Below, in pieces: positions 27,540 to 36,216 of a DNA stretch of 64,000 nt. How positions within the stretch are numbered: position 1 is the first letter of the stretch; each line of letters begins with the position of its first letter. The stretch covers positions 317,538 through 381,537 of the forward strand of contig CP066690.1 of the NCBI GenBank assembly GCA_016432465.1, in the 5' to 3' direction. Source of the DNA: Candidatus Sungiibacteriota bacterium (GTDB taxonomy: Bacteria > Patescibacteriota > Minisyncoccia > Sungbacterales > HO2-52-23). Made by a program: the position numbers and the translations under genes. Under the pieces are notes generated by a model, which saw only the letters and a program-made list of their open reading frames with translations, was not told where the DNA came from and did no database searches.

Positions 27540-27588
27540 CTTGTCAATATTGACAAACAGTTGACAGAATCCTTACACTGTGCTACTA
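27540..27588 (+). promoter_or_regulatory. promoter region of the nfeD-flotillin operon containing a perfect 16-bp palindrome
   Basis: TTGTCAATATTGACAA (27540-27555) is its own reverse complement; second TTGACA (27560-27565) + 17 nt + TACTAA (27583-27588). Confidence 0.55.
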
Positions 27589-27629
27589 ATCTCAATTGGT
27601 TAGGCACCTTGATATCAAAGGAGCAGCTA

Positions 27630-28360
27630 TGTGGTTTATCGTAAAAGAATGGCTTACCTATACTTTTGGCAACCTTTTTGGATTTATGGAGTATCTGGAC
27701 AAGGTTTTTGTCTTTTGGACGTTTCTTGCAATTGCTATAGCCAGCGGAGGTCTTCTGCTAGCGACGTTTATTATTGGCGAGGTTAGCGAGCTTTTGGGTG
27801 ATATTTTTGGGGGAGCCGGAGATACTGACCACGACCTTGGCCACGGGGCTGACACTGACGTCGGTGCAGACCACGATGTTGATCATGACTTTGGACATCT
27901 GGACTCTGACATGGCCGGACTCTCCAGTCCTTCTTTTCTCTCTTTCAGAATACTGCTTGCCTTTTTTGCCGGCTTTGGAGTAACTGGTGCCATTGCTACC
28001 CACTACAAAGAGGCAGTAATCGTCAGCAGTCTTTACGGACTTGCGGTTGGAACAGTATTGATGATCCTGATGTATTTATTTGTGGCTCTTCTTGCCTCGC
28101 AACAAGCCTCATTCAACGTCAGCGAAAAAGACTTTATTGGAAAAGAGGGATACGTAACTGTAGAAGTACCCATAGGAGGCCTCGGACAAGTCCTGCTTGA
28201 TACTGGTGCTGGTTCTATTACCAAGCTTTGCCGGGCCATAAACGACGAACTAATTCCGGAAAGAAGCGTTGTTAAGATAGAAAGGACGTTGGGAGGAGTT
28301 GTATTAGTAAGCAGAGTCAAAACCGACCCCGTTGGCCAAGAGAAACGTCCCACCCCTTAA
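27630..28360 (+). CDS. NfeD-family membrane protein (stomatin/flotillin partner) with His/Asp-rich loop
   Basis: RBS AAGGAG then ATG 27630; TM helices, acidic/His stretch (DTDHDLGHGADTDVGADHDVDHDFGH), C-terminal OB-fold-like tail; sits immediately upstream of an SPFH gene. Confidence 0.6.
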
Positions 28361-28420
28361 GGGGTGGGACCGCAACGGGCCCCTCGCCAAAAAAGGCGAG
28401 ACCAGCAAAAGGAGGCTTGA

Positions 28421-30019
28421 ATGTTTGGATCGTTTCTGATACCGCTTCTCATTGTATTTGGGGCCTTCTCTTTCTTTGCCGGCCTTGCACTCTGGGCAAA
28501 GAGATTTTACAAGATCCCTCCTGACAAGGTAGCCATCATTACCGGTAGAAAAAGGCGGCTGGGAGAAGGCAAAGACGCCAAAGTAGTTGGTTACCGACTC
28601 GTACGCGGTGGCGCAACCTTTGTCTGGCCTGTTCGCGAAACCATTATGTATTTGCCGCTTAATCTTATTACCATTATGGTTGATGTCTCGAAAGCTTTTA
28701 ACAAAGATCTCGTACCGGTTTCTGTAGATGCGGTGGCTAACGTTAAGATCAAAGGCGAAGACACTGCCATTGCTAACGCGGTGGAATGTTTTTTGACCAA
28801 ACCTAACGAAGTTGAAAGCACGGTAAAACAGACACTGGAAGGACATCTCCGTTCAATTATAGGTACTCTTACTATTGAGGAGCTAAACTCTGACCGGAAA
28901 GCATTTTCTCAACGAGTTACTGAAGAGGCGGTGGTGGACCTTGAAAAAATGGGGATTGGTATAAACAGCATTGTTATCAAGAAAATTTCTGATGACCAAG
29001 GTTACCTGGAATCCCTCGGTAGAAAACGTACAGCTGAAGTAAAACGCGATGCCGACATTGGCGTTGCGGAGGCAGAGGCGGACGCTAAGAAAAAGACTAC
29101 AGATGCAGCTCGCGCTGCAGCAGAAATTGCTGCCGAAAACGAACGCCAGATTGCCGAGGCGCAAAAGAAGCTGGAAGTGCAAAGAGCAACCTATCAAGCG
29201 GAGATCAACAAAGAAAGGGCCACCGCAGAACAGGCTGGCCCCAGAGCCAAAGCCGAGGCAGAAAAAAGTGTCTTTGTCGCAATGGAAAATGCCAAAGCAG
29301 CTCAAGCTGGAGCTGCTGCAGACTACGAAAAACAGGAAGCGGGGCGCCGCGAACAGGCGCTTGTGGCTACGATTATAAAACAGGCTGATGCCGAGCGACA
29401 AGCAACAATTCTTGAGGCCGAAGGCAAAGCTGTCGCCAAAGTAAAAACCGCAGATGCGGAGAAACAGGCAGCAGAACTGGAAGCAGAAGGTAAAGCAGCC
29501 CTAGTCAAGCGTGCAGGTGAAGCTGAGGCTGAAGCTAACAGGGCCAAACTTCTGGCTGAAGCTGATGGTACAAAGGCCAAACTTCTGGCTGAAGCTGAAG
29601 GTATAAAGGCCAAACTTCTGGCTGAAGCCGAAGGTAAAGAGAAGTTGGCCGAGGCCCTAAAGAAACTGGATGAAGCCGGCCGGATGCTGTTTATCATGGA
29701 AAAATCGCCGGAAGTAATCACTGCGGTTGGAGAAGCTGGCGGTCAAGTAGCGCGCGGTATTTTTGAACCGCTGGGTGCATCGCTAGGGGCCATTGACAGC
29801 ATCAACGTATACGACTCTGGGGGTGGAAACGGCAGTGGTAAAACTGCAGTGGAAAGAATGACCAGTATTATCCCGGGTATAGTTTTTGACTTTCTGGCCA
29901 AAGCCAAGGCCAACGGCCTGCCCGAACTTGCCAGTCTGGTTACTAATGCTCTTCAGAGTATGAACGTCAGGGTGGAAAAAGATACAGAAGAGCCCCGGCC
30001 AGTTGAGGGTCAACAGTAA
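28421..30019 (+). CDS. flotillin-like SPFH/band-7 protein (FloT/YqiK-like)
   Basis: N-terminal TM, SPFH domain, long Ala/Glu/Lys coiled coil with tandem KAKLLAEAEG repeats. Confidence 0.8.
   Translation: MFGSFLIPLLIVFGAFSFFAGLALWAKRFYKIPPDKVAIITGRKRRLGEGKDAKVVGYRLVRGGATFVWPVRETIMYLPLNLITIMVDVSKAFNKDLVPVSVDAVANVKIKGEDTAIANAVECFLTKPNEVESTVKQTLEGHLRSIIGTLTIEELNSDRKAFSQRVTEEAVVDLEKMGIGINSIVIKKISDDQGYLESLGRKRTAEVKRDADIGVAEAEADAKKKTTDAARAAAEIAAENERQIAEAQKKLEVQRATYQAEINKERATAEQAGPRAKAEAEKSVFVAMENAKAAQAGAAADYEKQEAGRREQALVATIIKQADAERQATILEAEGKAVAKVKTADAEKQAAELEAEGKAALVKRAGEAEAEANRAKLLAEADGTKAKLLAEAEGIKAKLLAEAEGKEKLAEALKKLDEAGRMLFIMEKSPEVITAVGEAGGQVARGIFEPLGASLGAIDSINVYDSGGGNGSGKTAVERMTSIIPGIVFDFLAKAKANGLPELASLVTNALQSMNVRVEKDTEEPRPVEGQQ
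29543..29653 (+). repeat. 3 tandem copies of a 39-nt repeat inside the flotillin coiled-coil region
   Basis: gccaaacttctggctgaagctgatggtacaaag / ...gaaggtataaag / ...gccgaaggtaaagag, encoding AKLLAEA(D/E)G(T/I/K)K. Confidence 0.7.
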
Positions 30020-30020
30020 A

Positions 30021-30539
30021 ATGACAGAACCCGCTATACAGGAAAGGCACCAAGATCCGTCAAACAAAAAGGCACAAAGATACTACCCCCTAAACGACAG
30101 TGCAAAGATTGATGCCGTAGTTGTTCACTGCTCTGATCCGCGTTTTCAGGAAGCATTTAGACGCTTTATAAAAGAGGAACTTAAAATGGAGCATCCTGCA
30201 CCACTTGTTGTCCCGGGCAGTATAAGCTCTGTGGGACTTGAACTTGCTATGCCCAAACACTTGAAAACCCTTAAAGATCAGGTTGCATTTATGCTAAAGC
30301 ACGGAGAACGGCCGCGCCTTGTACTTATAAACCACGAAGATTGTCGCGCCTATGCAGCCTTCCATGGAAAACTGATGCATCTTCTGCTAAATAGACAGCT
30401 TGCTGACCTTAGAAAAGCTGCACAGATCTTTCAAAAGATTGTTCCTACTCTAAGCAACTTACCGATTTCGGTGTATATGGCCAGACTGGACGATAAAAAG
30501 CCGCCCGAGGAGCGGGTATACTTTGAAAAAATAGTCTAA
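30021..30539 (+). CDS. hypothetical protein (third gene of nfeD-flotillin operon)
   Basis: ORF overlapping the flotillin stop; start taken at MTEPAIQ; no recognisable motifs. Confidence 0.45.
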   Translation: MTEPAIQERHQDPSNKKAQRYYPLNDSAKIDAVVVHCSDPRFQEAFRRFIKEELKMEHPAPLVVPGSISSVGLELAMPKHLKTLKDQVAFMLKHGERPRLVLINHEDCRAYAAFHGKLMHLLLNRQLADLRKAAQIFQKIVPTLSNLPISVYMARLDDKKPPEERVYFEKIV

Positions 30540-30573
30540 ATAAAAAGAATGGGTCGTTTGACCCATTTTGTTT

Positions 30574-31059
30574 TTAGCTAAGTACTGGAAGCAGGACAAG
30601 TCCAAAGAACAGCGATAGAATACCAAAAAACATTTTTGACGAGTTTACCTCGTAAATGCCGTCCGGCCCTGTCTCAACGGAAAGATACAATAGCCGCGAT
30701 CCCAAAATTTGAAAAACATAGGCAAGTGCAATAACCAACAAACCGAATAGGGCAAACCAGGAACCAATCAACAAACCAGCAACACCTCCCAGGGGACCAG
30801 CAAGAAGCGTGCCAACTCCGGCCGAACCAGAAAGGACTACTAAACTCACTATGAAAGTAAGCAGGGCAGCAACTATTAAGTACCAGTGGTACAAAAAGTT
30901 AGCGGCCGACTTGAGAACTTTAAGGGGTGGTGTACTTTTCAGCACCATCACAAGCGAATAAAGAAAAGCTACGCCCAGTCCAAACATGGCTGACCCCCCA
31001 CGGATGAACCAGATAGGAGCTTTGTCTAAGCTAGCCCTATCTGGAGGTGCCACAACCAC
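30574..31059 (-). CDS. hypothetical integral membrane protein (4-5 TM)
   Basis: 161-aa hydrophobic ORF; a TTGTCAATGTTGACAG palindrome lies in its upstream region. Confidence 0.5.
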   Translation of the reverse strand: MVVAPPDRASLDKAPIWFIRGGSAMFGLGVAFLYSLVMVLKSTPPLKVLKSAANFLYHWYLIVAALLTFIVSLVVLSGSAGVGTLLAGPLGGVAGLLIGSWFALFGLLVIALAYVFQILGSRLLYLSVETGPDGIYEVNSSKMFFGILSLFFGLVLLPVLS

Positions 31060-31080
31060 CTTACAATATCAAGTGCTTTT

Positions 31081-31096
31081 TTGTCAATGTTGACAG
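31081..31096. promoter_or_regulatory. second copy of the TTGTCAAT-N-TTGACA palindrome, in the divergent region between 30574..31059(-) and rplJ
   Basis: TTGTCAATGTTGACAG, 14/16 identical to the perfect palindrome at 27540-27555. Confidence 0.5.
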
Positions 31097-31257
31097 GTTT
31101 TCTCACTTGACTAATTATTGTTTTCCTTTGTATACTTATCTTATCGTTCCAAAGACCGCCGGCAGGCAACAAAATGCCGCAAGTTTCCGGCAGAGGAGCG
31201 CTAAATAAATTTAGATAATTTAGCTTTGGTCTTTGGGCGGATATACGCCTATTTTTT

Positions 31258-31803
31258 ATGTTAACCAAGAGCCAGAAGCAAAAAATAGTTGAAGATCTTA
31301 CCGACAAATTTAAGCGAACCAAAATCGCGATTTTTAGCGACTTTCGGGGCATTTCTGTTGCCAAATCCCAGAATCTGCGGCGCCTATTGAAAAAAATAGA
31401 AGCAGAGTATAGGGTGGCCAAAAAGACACTGCTTGACCGAGTGCTGGAGAAACTTGGCTTGAACTTAAAAACAAAAAGTATGGAAGGGGAAATCAGTGTT
31501 ACTTTTGGCTACGGGGACGAGATAAATTCGGCCAAAACTCTGTTTAAGTTCGGCAAAGAGAATGAAACCTTTAAAATTTTGGGGGGAATTTTGGGTGAGC
31601 GAATCTTAAACGCGCAAGAGGTTATTGCGCTGGCTAAACTGCCGCCGCGCGAAGTTCTATTATCCAAACTTGTTAGTGTTCTTTCTTCTCCTATACAAGG
31701 ACTGGTTACGGTTCTTGGGGAAAATATAAGAAACTTGGTCGTCATTATTAATAAAATAAAGGAGGTAGAGGCAAGAAAGACGCAAATGGCTACGCAAAAA
31801 TAA
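31258..31803 (+). CDS. rplJ: 50S ribosomal protein L10
   Basis: MLTKSQKQKIVEDLTDKFKRTKIAIFSDFRGISVAKSQNLRR... typical L10 N-terminus. Confidence 0.85.
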   Translation: MLTKSQKQKIVEDLTDKFKRTKIAIFSDFRGISVAKSQNLRRLLKKIEAEYRVAKKTLLDRVLEKLGLNLKTKSMEGEISVTFGYGDEINSAKTLFKFGKENETFKILGGILGERILNAQEVIALAKLPPREVLLSKLVSVLSSPIQGLVTVLGENIRNLVVIINKIKEVEARKTQMATQK

Positions 31804-31861
31804 ACGCAATTGCGTTTAAGGTTGCGTGATCAGTTGCATTTACGATTGCTTCTAACACATT

Positions 31862-32239
31862 ATGGATAAAGAAAAATTTATAGAAACCATAGAAAAAATG
31901 TCAGTAATTGAGCTCTCAGAGCTCGTCAAGGCCCTTGAGGAAAAATTTGGCGTGTCTGCCGCCATGCCCATGGCCGTTGCAGCTGTTTCGGCCGGAGACG
32001 CGGAAGAAGGTGAGAAAAAAGAGGAAAAAACCTCTTTTGCGGTTGAACTTACCGGCGCCGGAGGGCAGAAAATACAGGTTATTAAGGCGCTCCGGGAAGT
32101 AACAACTCTTGGCCTTAAAGAGGCCAAAGACCTTGTGGAGGCCGCTCCAAAAGTGGTAAAAGAGGGTGTGGCCAAAGAAGAAGCCGAAGAGATCAAAAAG
32201 AAACTGGAAGAGGCCGGGGCAACGGTAACTATAAAATAG
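31862..32239 (+). CDS. rplL: 50S ribosomal protein L7/L12
   Basis: [31 protein letters not shown]..., Ala-rich hinge, conserved C-terminal domain [37 protein letters not shown]. Confidence 0.9.
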   Translation: MDKEKFIETIEKMSVIELSELVKALEEKFGVSAAMPMAVAAVSAGDAEEGEKKEEKTSFAVELTGAGGQKIQVIKALREVTTLGLKEAKDLVEAAPKVVKEGVAKEEAEEIKKKLEEAGATVTIK

Positions 32240-32246
32240 GAGACTT

Positions 32247-32888
32247 ATGGAACAGGTATTAGAAAAACTCTTTGAGTCGGTGCCAAGAGTCCGACTGCTT
32301 CGGCTTTTTATGCGAAATCCAGAGGCGGAGTTTACTTTTCCTGATATTGTAAAAAGAAGCCAACTACGCAGCCGTGCTCTCCGCGTAGAACTTAAAAAAC
32401 TTCTAAAAATCGGGCTTATTAAAAAGAAAAGGGCCATCCTCCGTTATGAAATTGTTAGGAAGTCACGATCTCGGAAAAAGCCACCCAAAATAATCATAAA
32501 AACCAAACGAACGCAGGTATTTTTAACTAATCAGGATTTCCCGTTTCTAAAAGAGCTTCAAGATTTAATCATAAGGGCCACTGCGGCTTCGCGTAAAAAA
32601 TTAATCAGACAAATAAAGGGGCTCGGCAAAATTAAACTTGCTGTATTGTCTGGAATATTTATAAATAGCGACAACTCCAGAACCGACCTACTTATTGTTG
32701 GAGATGGCATTAAAAAGTCGCTGATGGAGAAGTTTCTAGAGCAAGTAGAGTCAGAGCTTGGCAGATCGCTGCAATACACAGTTATGGACACGGCCGAGTT
32801 TAAATACCGGCTTGATATGTATGACCGATTCCTGCGGGATATTCTTGAATATCCGCACGATAAATTGATAAATAAGTTGCACGTGTAA
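32247..32888 (+). CDS. hypothetical protein (basic N-terminal region, possible wHTH)
   Basis: 213-aa ORF directly after rplL; Lys/Arg-rich centre; no confident domain call. Confidence 0.45.
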   Translation: MEQVLEKLFESVPRVRLLRLFMRNPEAEFTFPDIVKRSQLRSRALRVELKKLLKIGLIKKKRAILRYEIVRKSRSRKKPPKIIIKTKRTQVFLTNQDFPFLKELQDLIIRATAASRKKLIRQIKGLGKIKLAVLSGIFINSDNSRTDLLIVGDGIKKSLMEKFLEQVESELGRSLQYTVMDTAEFKYRLDMYDRFLRDILEYPHDKLINKLHV

Positions 32889-32892
32889 TTTC

Positions 32893-32929
32893 AAAATCGT
32901 CCCGGCCGGCCGGGACGATTTTGAAATTG
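32893..32929 (+). terminator. Rho-independent terminator
   Basis: AAAATCGTCCCGGCC/GGCCGGGACGATTTT perfect 15-bp stem. Confidence 0.7.
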
Positions 32930-32983
32930 CTTTTTAAAAATATCGGGCTAAAATATAGTCAGTGTGAAAACCGAATTCACACT

Positions 32984-33055
32984 GGGCGACTAGCTCAGTG
33001 GTAGAGCGTTCCGTTCACATCGGAAAGATCACAGGTTCGATCCCTGTGTCGCCCA
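32984..33055 (+). tRNA. tRNA-Val (anticodon CAC)
   Basis: GGGCGAC-TA-GCTC-AGTGGTA-GAGC-G-TTCCG-TTCACAT-CGGAA-AGATC-ACAGG-TTCGATC-CCTGT-GTCGCCC-A. Confidence 0.85.
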
Positions 33056-33211
33056 CACTTTAGAAAAACGCAAATTATCAAGGTCCGCCTCGCTTCGCTC
33101 GGCGATTTTATCGTAAGGTTCTGCCCACACAAAACGGAACTGGCGGTCGTGCGGTAAAAGAAAATTTTTCTATTATCAAAAACAGTTGAAATGGCCGACT
33201 TTTTGTTGCTA

Positions 33212-33240
33212 TTGACATAATATATAAAATTTGCTATAAT
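33212..33240 (+). promoter_or_regulatory. consensus sigma70 promoter for 33363..33956
   Basis: TTGACA (33212-33217), 17 nt, TATAAT (33235-33240). Confidence 0.65.
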
Positions 33241-33278
33241 ATAAACAGTGGGATTGCTCTTTGTTGTTGTCAATTTTT

Positions 33279-33331
33279 CCTTACAACACATTAATGCGGA
33301 AAATATATTTATGTGTTAATGTGTTGTAAGG
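33279..33331 (+). promoter_or_regulatory. perfect 16-bp inverted repeat in the 5' leader (operator or RNA hairpin)
   Basis: CCTTACAACACATTAA (33279-33294), 21-nt AT-rich loop, TTAATGTGTTGTAAGG (33316-33331). Confidence 0.55.
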
Positions 33332-33362
33332 AAATAAAAAAAACTTACGAAAGGAGGACACA

Positions 33363-33956
33363 ATGGGTGAGCATTACATGGCGGATGGTTTCTACCAAGG
33401 ACGAATCACTTCCATCAAACGGGCGGAGAGTAGGAACGTTTACGAGGACGAACATCGAAAGCAACTCGTTGTTTCAGTAGACGGCGTGCCCTTTCTGGTT
33501 CACAAGAGGGACGTTTGCCGCCCACTGAGACGTGGTGCGCTCGTGGTGTTCACGGCCAACGGCGGCTGGATCTCGTACGACCCATACAAGTTCGATCAGA
33601 AGTGGCATTACCGCATCGAGTGGCTGGCGGAGGAGGCCAAGAAAAGGAACGTGAAAGGTTCCCGGCATGGTTTCAAGGTGTGTGTCTTTGACCAGCTTCA
33701 AGTTCCTGTGCCGCACACCGATGTCTGGAAGAAAGGTCCATTCATGTCCGAGAAATTGAAGCCCGACACGGTTTTCCGTCCAGCTCTCAAGTTCCCCACG
33801 GACATGAATCGGCGTGACCAGAAATTCTTCCAGGGAACCATGCGCGCTATCGCAGCTGGCGTCCCCATCAACCCCCTTCCCGAAAGCGCCTACCGAGAGA
33901 GGTGTCCGCACTATCCGTTTTCGCCGTTCAAGGCGATTTGCGGAGATTGTGCATAG
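33363..33956 (+). CDS. hypothetical protein (appears GC-richer than surroundings; tRNA-Val-adjacent cassette gene A)
   Basis: RBS GAAAGGAGGACACA then ATG 33363; 197 aa; C-terminal CPHYPFSPFKAICGDC. Confidence 0.55.
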   Translation: MGEHYMADGFYQGRITSIKRAESRNVYEDEHRKQLVVSVDGVPFLVHKRDVCRPLRRGALVVFTANGGWISYDPYKFDQKWHYRIEWLAEEAKKRNVKGSRHGFKVCVFDQLQVPVPHTDVWKKGPFMSEKLKPDTVFRPALKFPTDMNRRDQKFFQGTMRAIAAGVPINPLPESAYRERCPHYPFSPFKAICGDCA

Positions 33957-34205
33957 CACCAACGACGGGTGGTCGAGCAAGACTCGATCACCCGTTTTCA
34001 ATTATACGAATTTGCCGCCAAAGATAAAATCTGATAGATTTTACTCGTGAGCAAGGCTCACGAAAAAACTTTAAATTGTCAAAAATCAGTCTGTCGCCGC
34101 CGAATTTTTTGCCCCCTCATTTTGCGGCTTTGCCGCAAAATGCGTTCGGACTATTTCCAGAATACTCCAGTGTGAATTCGAAATAGATAAACCCCAGGAA
34201 GAGCG

Positions 34206-34252
34206 CTTGATTCACATTCAAGGGGTCGTAGGTTCGACACCTGCATCGCGCA
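34206..34252 (+). other. tRNA-Val-like 3' half fragment (anticodon arm with CAC, T-arm, 3' acceptor strand; no acceptor 5' strand or D-arm)
   Basis: CTTGA-TTCACAT-TCAAG-GGGTC-GTAGG-TTCGACA-CCTGC-ATCGCGC-A; same architecture as the second half of tRNA-Val at 32984 but with different stem sequences. Confidence 0.5.
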
Positions 34253-34339
34253 GTAGTGGATTCTTAGTGCCAGCGCCGCGCTAAAAATATTTAGATTTCA
34301 GAAATTTTGTTGGTTCTAACCACAAATCCCCTCCCCCCA

Positions 34340-34368
34340 TTGACATCAGCGCCTAAAAAGAGTAATAT
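34340..34368 (+). promoter_or_regulatory. sigma70-like promoter for 34420..34878
   Basis: TTGACA (34340-34345), 17 nt, TAATAT (34363-34368). Confidence 0.55.
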
Positions 34369-34419
34369 GAAAATAGGAATGGGGCAAAGGCCTACAGTTA
34401 GGGCTCAGAGGAGGCACAG

Positions 34420-34878
34420 ATGCGTATTTTGAAAACAAGGTTCCGAGTACAAGACATTCAGAGGCTAAAAGAACGTGGAATTGTTCATAACTGCCACCTT
34501 CGTGGCACACCTTTTGACGAGGCGTGGAATGCCGCATACAACGACATGGTGGATATCAACGTCTGGTTTCCAAAGGACAAAGTGCCCGTGTGGATGAATG
34601 TGCGTGTTGACATGCAAGATGGGGTGCCGTGGCTCGTTAATGTGGTTTTCAAAATACCCGCGGCTATTCGGGACATTGAAGGACTTGCCAATGAATTGGC
34701 AGGCCAATTTAGTCTCAGCAAATACAGGGTTTCAATCAGCGCATATCACGCCAATCCTGATCTACAAAGTTTTGGTTCTTTCGGACGAGTTCTCCAAATT
34801 AACTCAAGTAACGAAAACCCCAAGAAACTTCTCTCGTTTTTGAGAGCGTTGGAAAAAAAACTACAGGCCGTTTCGTAG
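34420..34878 (+). CDS. hypothetical protein (cassette gene B)
   Basis: 152-aa ORF; no recognisable motifs. Confidence 0.5.
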   Translation: MRILKTRFRVQDIQRLKERGIVHNCHLRGTPFDEAWNAAYNDMVDINVWFPKDKVPVWMNVRVDMQDGVPWLVNVVFKIPAAIRDIEGLANELAGQFSLSKYRVSISAYHANPDLQSFGSFGRVLQINSSNENPKKLLSFLRALEKKLQAVS

Positions 34879-34953
34879 CACATCTAGTTGCCGCGCAAGC
34901 GGCCTTTTTTATTTAAAATCGAGGTTCGTCGTCTATAAAAGTGCATAAGAAGT

Positions 34954-35005
34954 CTAACGGGGCGAGCATTGCAAGGGTCACAGGTTCAAATCCTGTACTG
35001 CCCAT
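34954..35005 (+). other. chimeric tRNA fragment: tRNA-Leu 5' leader/acceptor motif fused to a tRNA-Val-like T-arm and 3' acceptor
   Basis: TCTAACGGGGCGAG (identical to 14237-14250 upstream of tRNA-Leu) + CATTGCAAG-GGTC-ACAGG-TTCAAAT-CCTGT-ACTGCCC-A; T-stem ACAGG/CCTGT matches the tRNA-Val T-stem. Confidence 0.45.
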
Positions 35006-35010
35006 TTTAA

Positions 35011-35037
35011 AACGGCAATCAAGACGATTGCCGTTTA
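35011..35037. terminator. bidirectional terminator
   Basis: AAACGGCAATC-aagac-GATTGCCGTTT, 11-bp stem with A/T runs on both sides. Confidence 0.6.
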
Positions 35038-35405
35038 CTTAAAATTAAGTCTGTTTTCATGTTGCCCCGCGGATTTATATCTATACGCACATAAAGAGAT
35101 TGGGGATCAAGTTCCTGCCAAAGAGTCTCAAAAATCTCGTCAGCTAGTTTCTCGTAACCAATGTATCTGTCCCGAAAACTATTAAACCAAAGTTTTAACG
35201 ACCTTAATTCCAAAAATCTTATTTTGGGAACATATCTGATGGTAATTCTCGCAAAATCGGGATACCCCTGTTCCTGACACTTCCAAGTAAGCTCTGGGAA
35301 GCATACACGGATCACTGGTGTATTTTGTACCTTTAATTTAAAGGATCTCGGCCTGGCTTCACTAATTTCTTTATCTCCGCGCAATTCTGACATCTTTAGG
35401 CCCAC
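35019..35405 (-). CDS. queF: NADPH-dependent 7-cyano-7-deazaguanine reductase (type I QueF-like)
   Basis: QueF motif ELRSLKLWFNSFRD (E-S/L-K-S/A-hy-K-hy-Y/F/W) and WKCQEQGYPDF resembling the QueF catalytic-Cys segment (CPxTGQPDF). Confidence 0.6.
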   Translation of the reverse strand: MGLKMSELRGDKEISEARPRSFKLKVQNTPVIRVCFPELTWKCQEQGYPDFARITIRYVPKIRFLELRSLKLWFNSFRDRYIGYEKLADEIFETLWQELDPQSLYVRIDINPRGNMKTDLILSKRQSS

Positions 35406-35456
35406 CGAAGGTGCTATGGGTTTATTGAAGTATAAAACATCGTTATTGTCTAGTTT

Positions 35457-36095
35457 TTAACAGCCACCTTCTAGAAAGTATGGCCTTAATCTATCTCTAG
35501 TGCTTGACCAAAGCGTAAAATCAATACCCATATCCATTGTTTTCCAGTTTGCCCTTTCCGGTCTCCCTACTAATTTTGCCAAAACCAAACGCAGATATTG
35601 GCGCGGGATTTTTTCCGGATCGCTTACCGGAAACACAAACATTTTACCAAGACGGTCAGTACAAAAAATGTAATATCGGTGAGATTCTCGTACCTTACGC
35701 AGATCATTAAGAGAAGCGGTTTCCTTACCTTCACCCAAACTTTTCGCAACATAAGACAAAACGTCAACATGTGTAGGTACCACATGCAAATGAGCGTGCT
35801 TGATGGTTTGTCCAACATCACCATGCTCAAAAAAGACCGGCCGTCTGCCTAAAACCACATACTCATACATATATTCTTCTTTCATCGCATCTAAAAGTCG
35901 TCTCAACCAATTGGAAACTGCTATCATCTCCTCATCACTTAAATCACCGAGACAGATCTTATGCGTTTTAGGAATAATAAGTGTATAGCCATCCTCAATT
36001 TGGCCAACCGACGCAATAATATATAAGTAATCATTTTCAAAGATCAATCGTTCTACAAAAGAATTTCTGTCGCAAAACACGCACTGGTTTTCCAC
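35457..36095 (-). CDS. HIT-family (histidine triad) hydrolase-like protein
   Basis: N-terminal CVFC, histidine triad HAHLHVVP; GTG start. Confidence 0.55.
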   Translation of the reverse strand: MENQCVFCDRNSFVERLIFENDYLYIIASVGQIEDGYTLIIPKTHKICLGDLSDEEMIAVSNWLRRLLDAMKEEYMYEYVVLGRRPVFFEHGDVGQTIKHAHLHVVPTHVDVLSYVAKSLGEGKETASLNDLRKVRESHRYYIFCTDRLGKMFVFPVSDPEKIPRQYLRLVLAKLVGRPERANWKTMDMGIDFTLWSSTRDRLRPYFLEGGC

Positions 36096-36216
36096 TTCAA
36101 GTCCCTATTTCGCCGTAACTTAGCTTATGATAGACTGATAGTTACATAAGTCAATGTTTAAAAATAATAAATTATATAATTGTCCAATAAACTGTCCATT
36201 ACCTGTTAAAGACATA

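Noticed and set aside
29323-29721. 132-aa minus-strand ORF inside the flotillin gene
   Set aside because: Antisense to the Ala/Glu repeat region; repetitive SASARSLA translation is an artefact of the tandem repeat
30648-30672. Additional copy of the TACGAGGT hairpin motif (gtttacctcgtaaa) as a repeat-family member
   Set aside because: Lies inside the coding sequence of 30574..31059 and matches only 8 nt of the 17167/17304 hairpins
32995-33291. 98-aa minus-strand ORF overlapping tRNA-Val and the gene-A promoter
   Set aside because: Overlaps a confidently folded tRNA and a consensus promoter; no RBS
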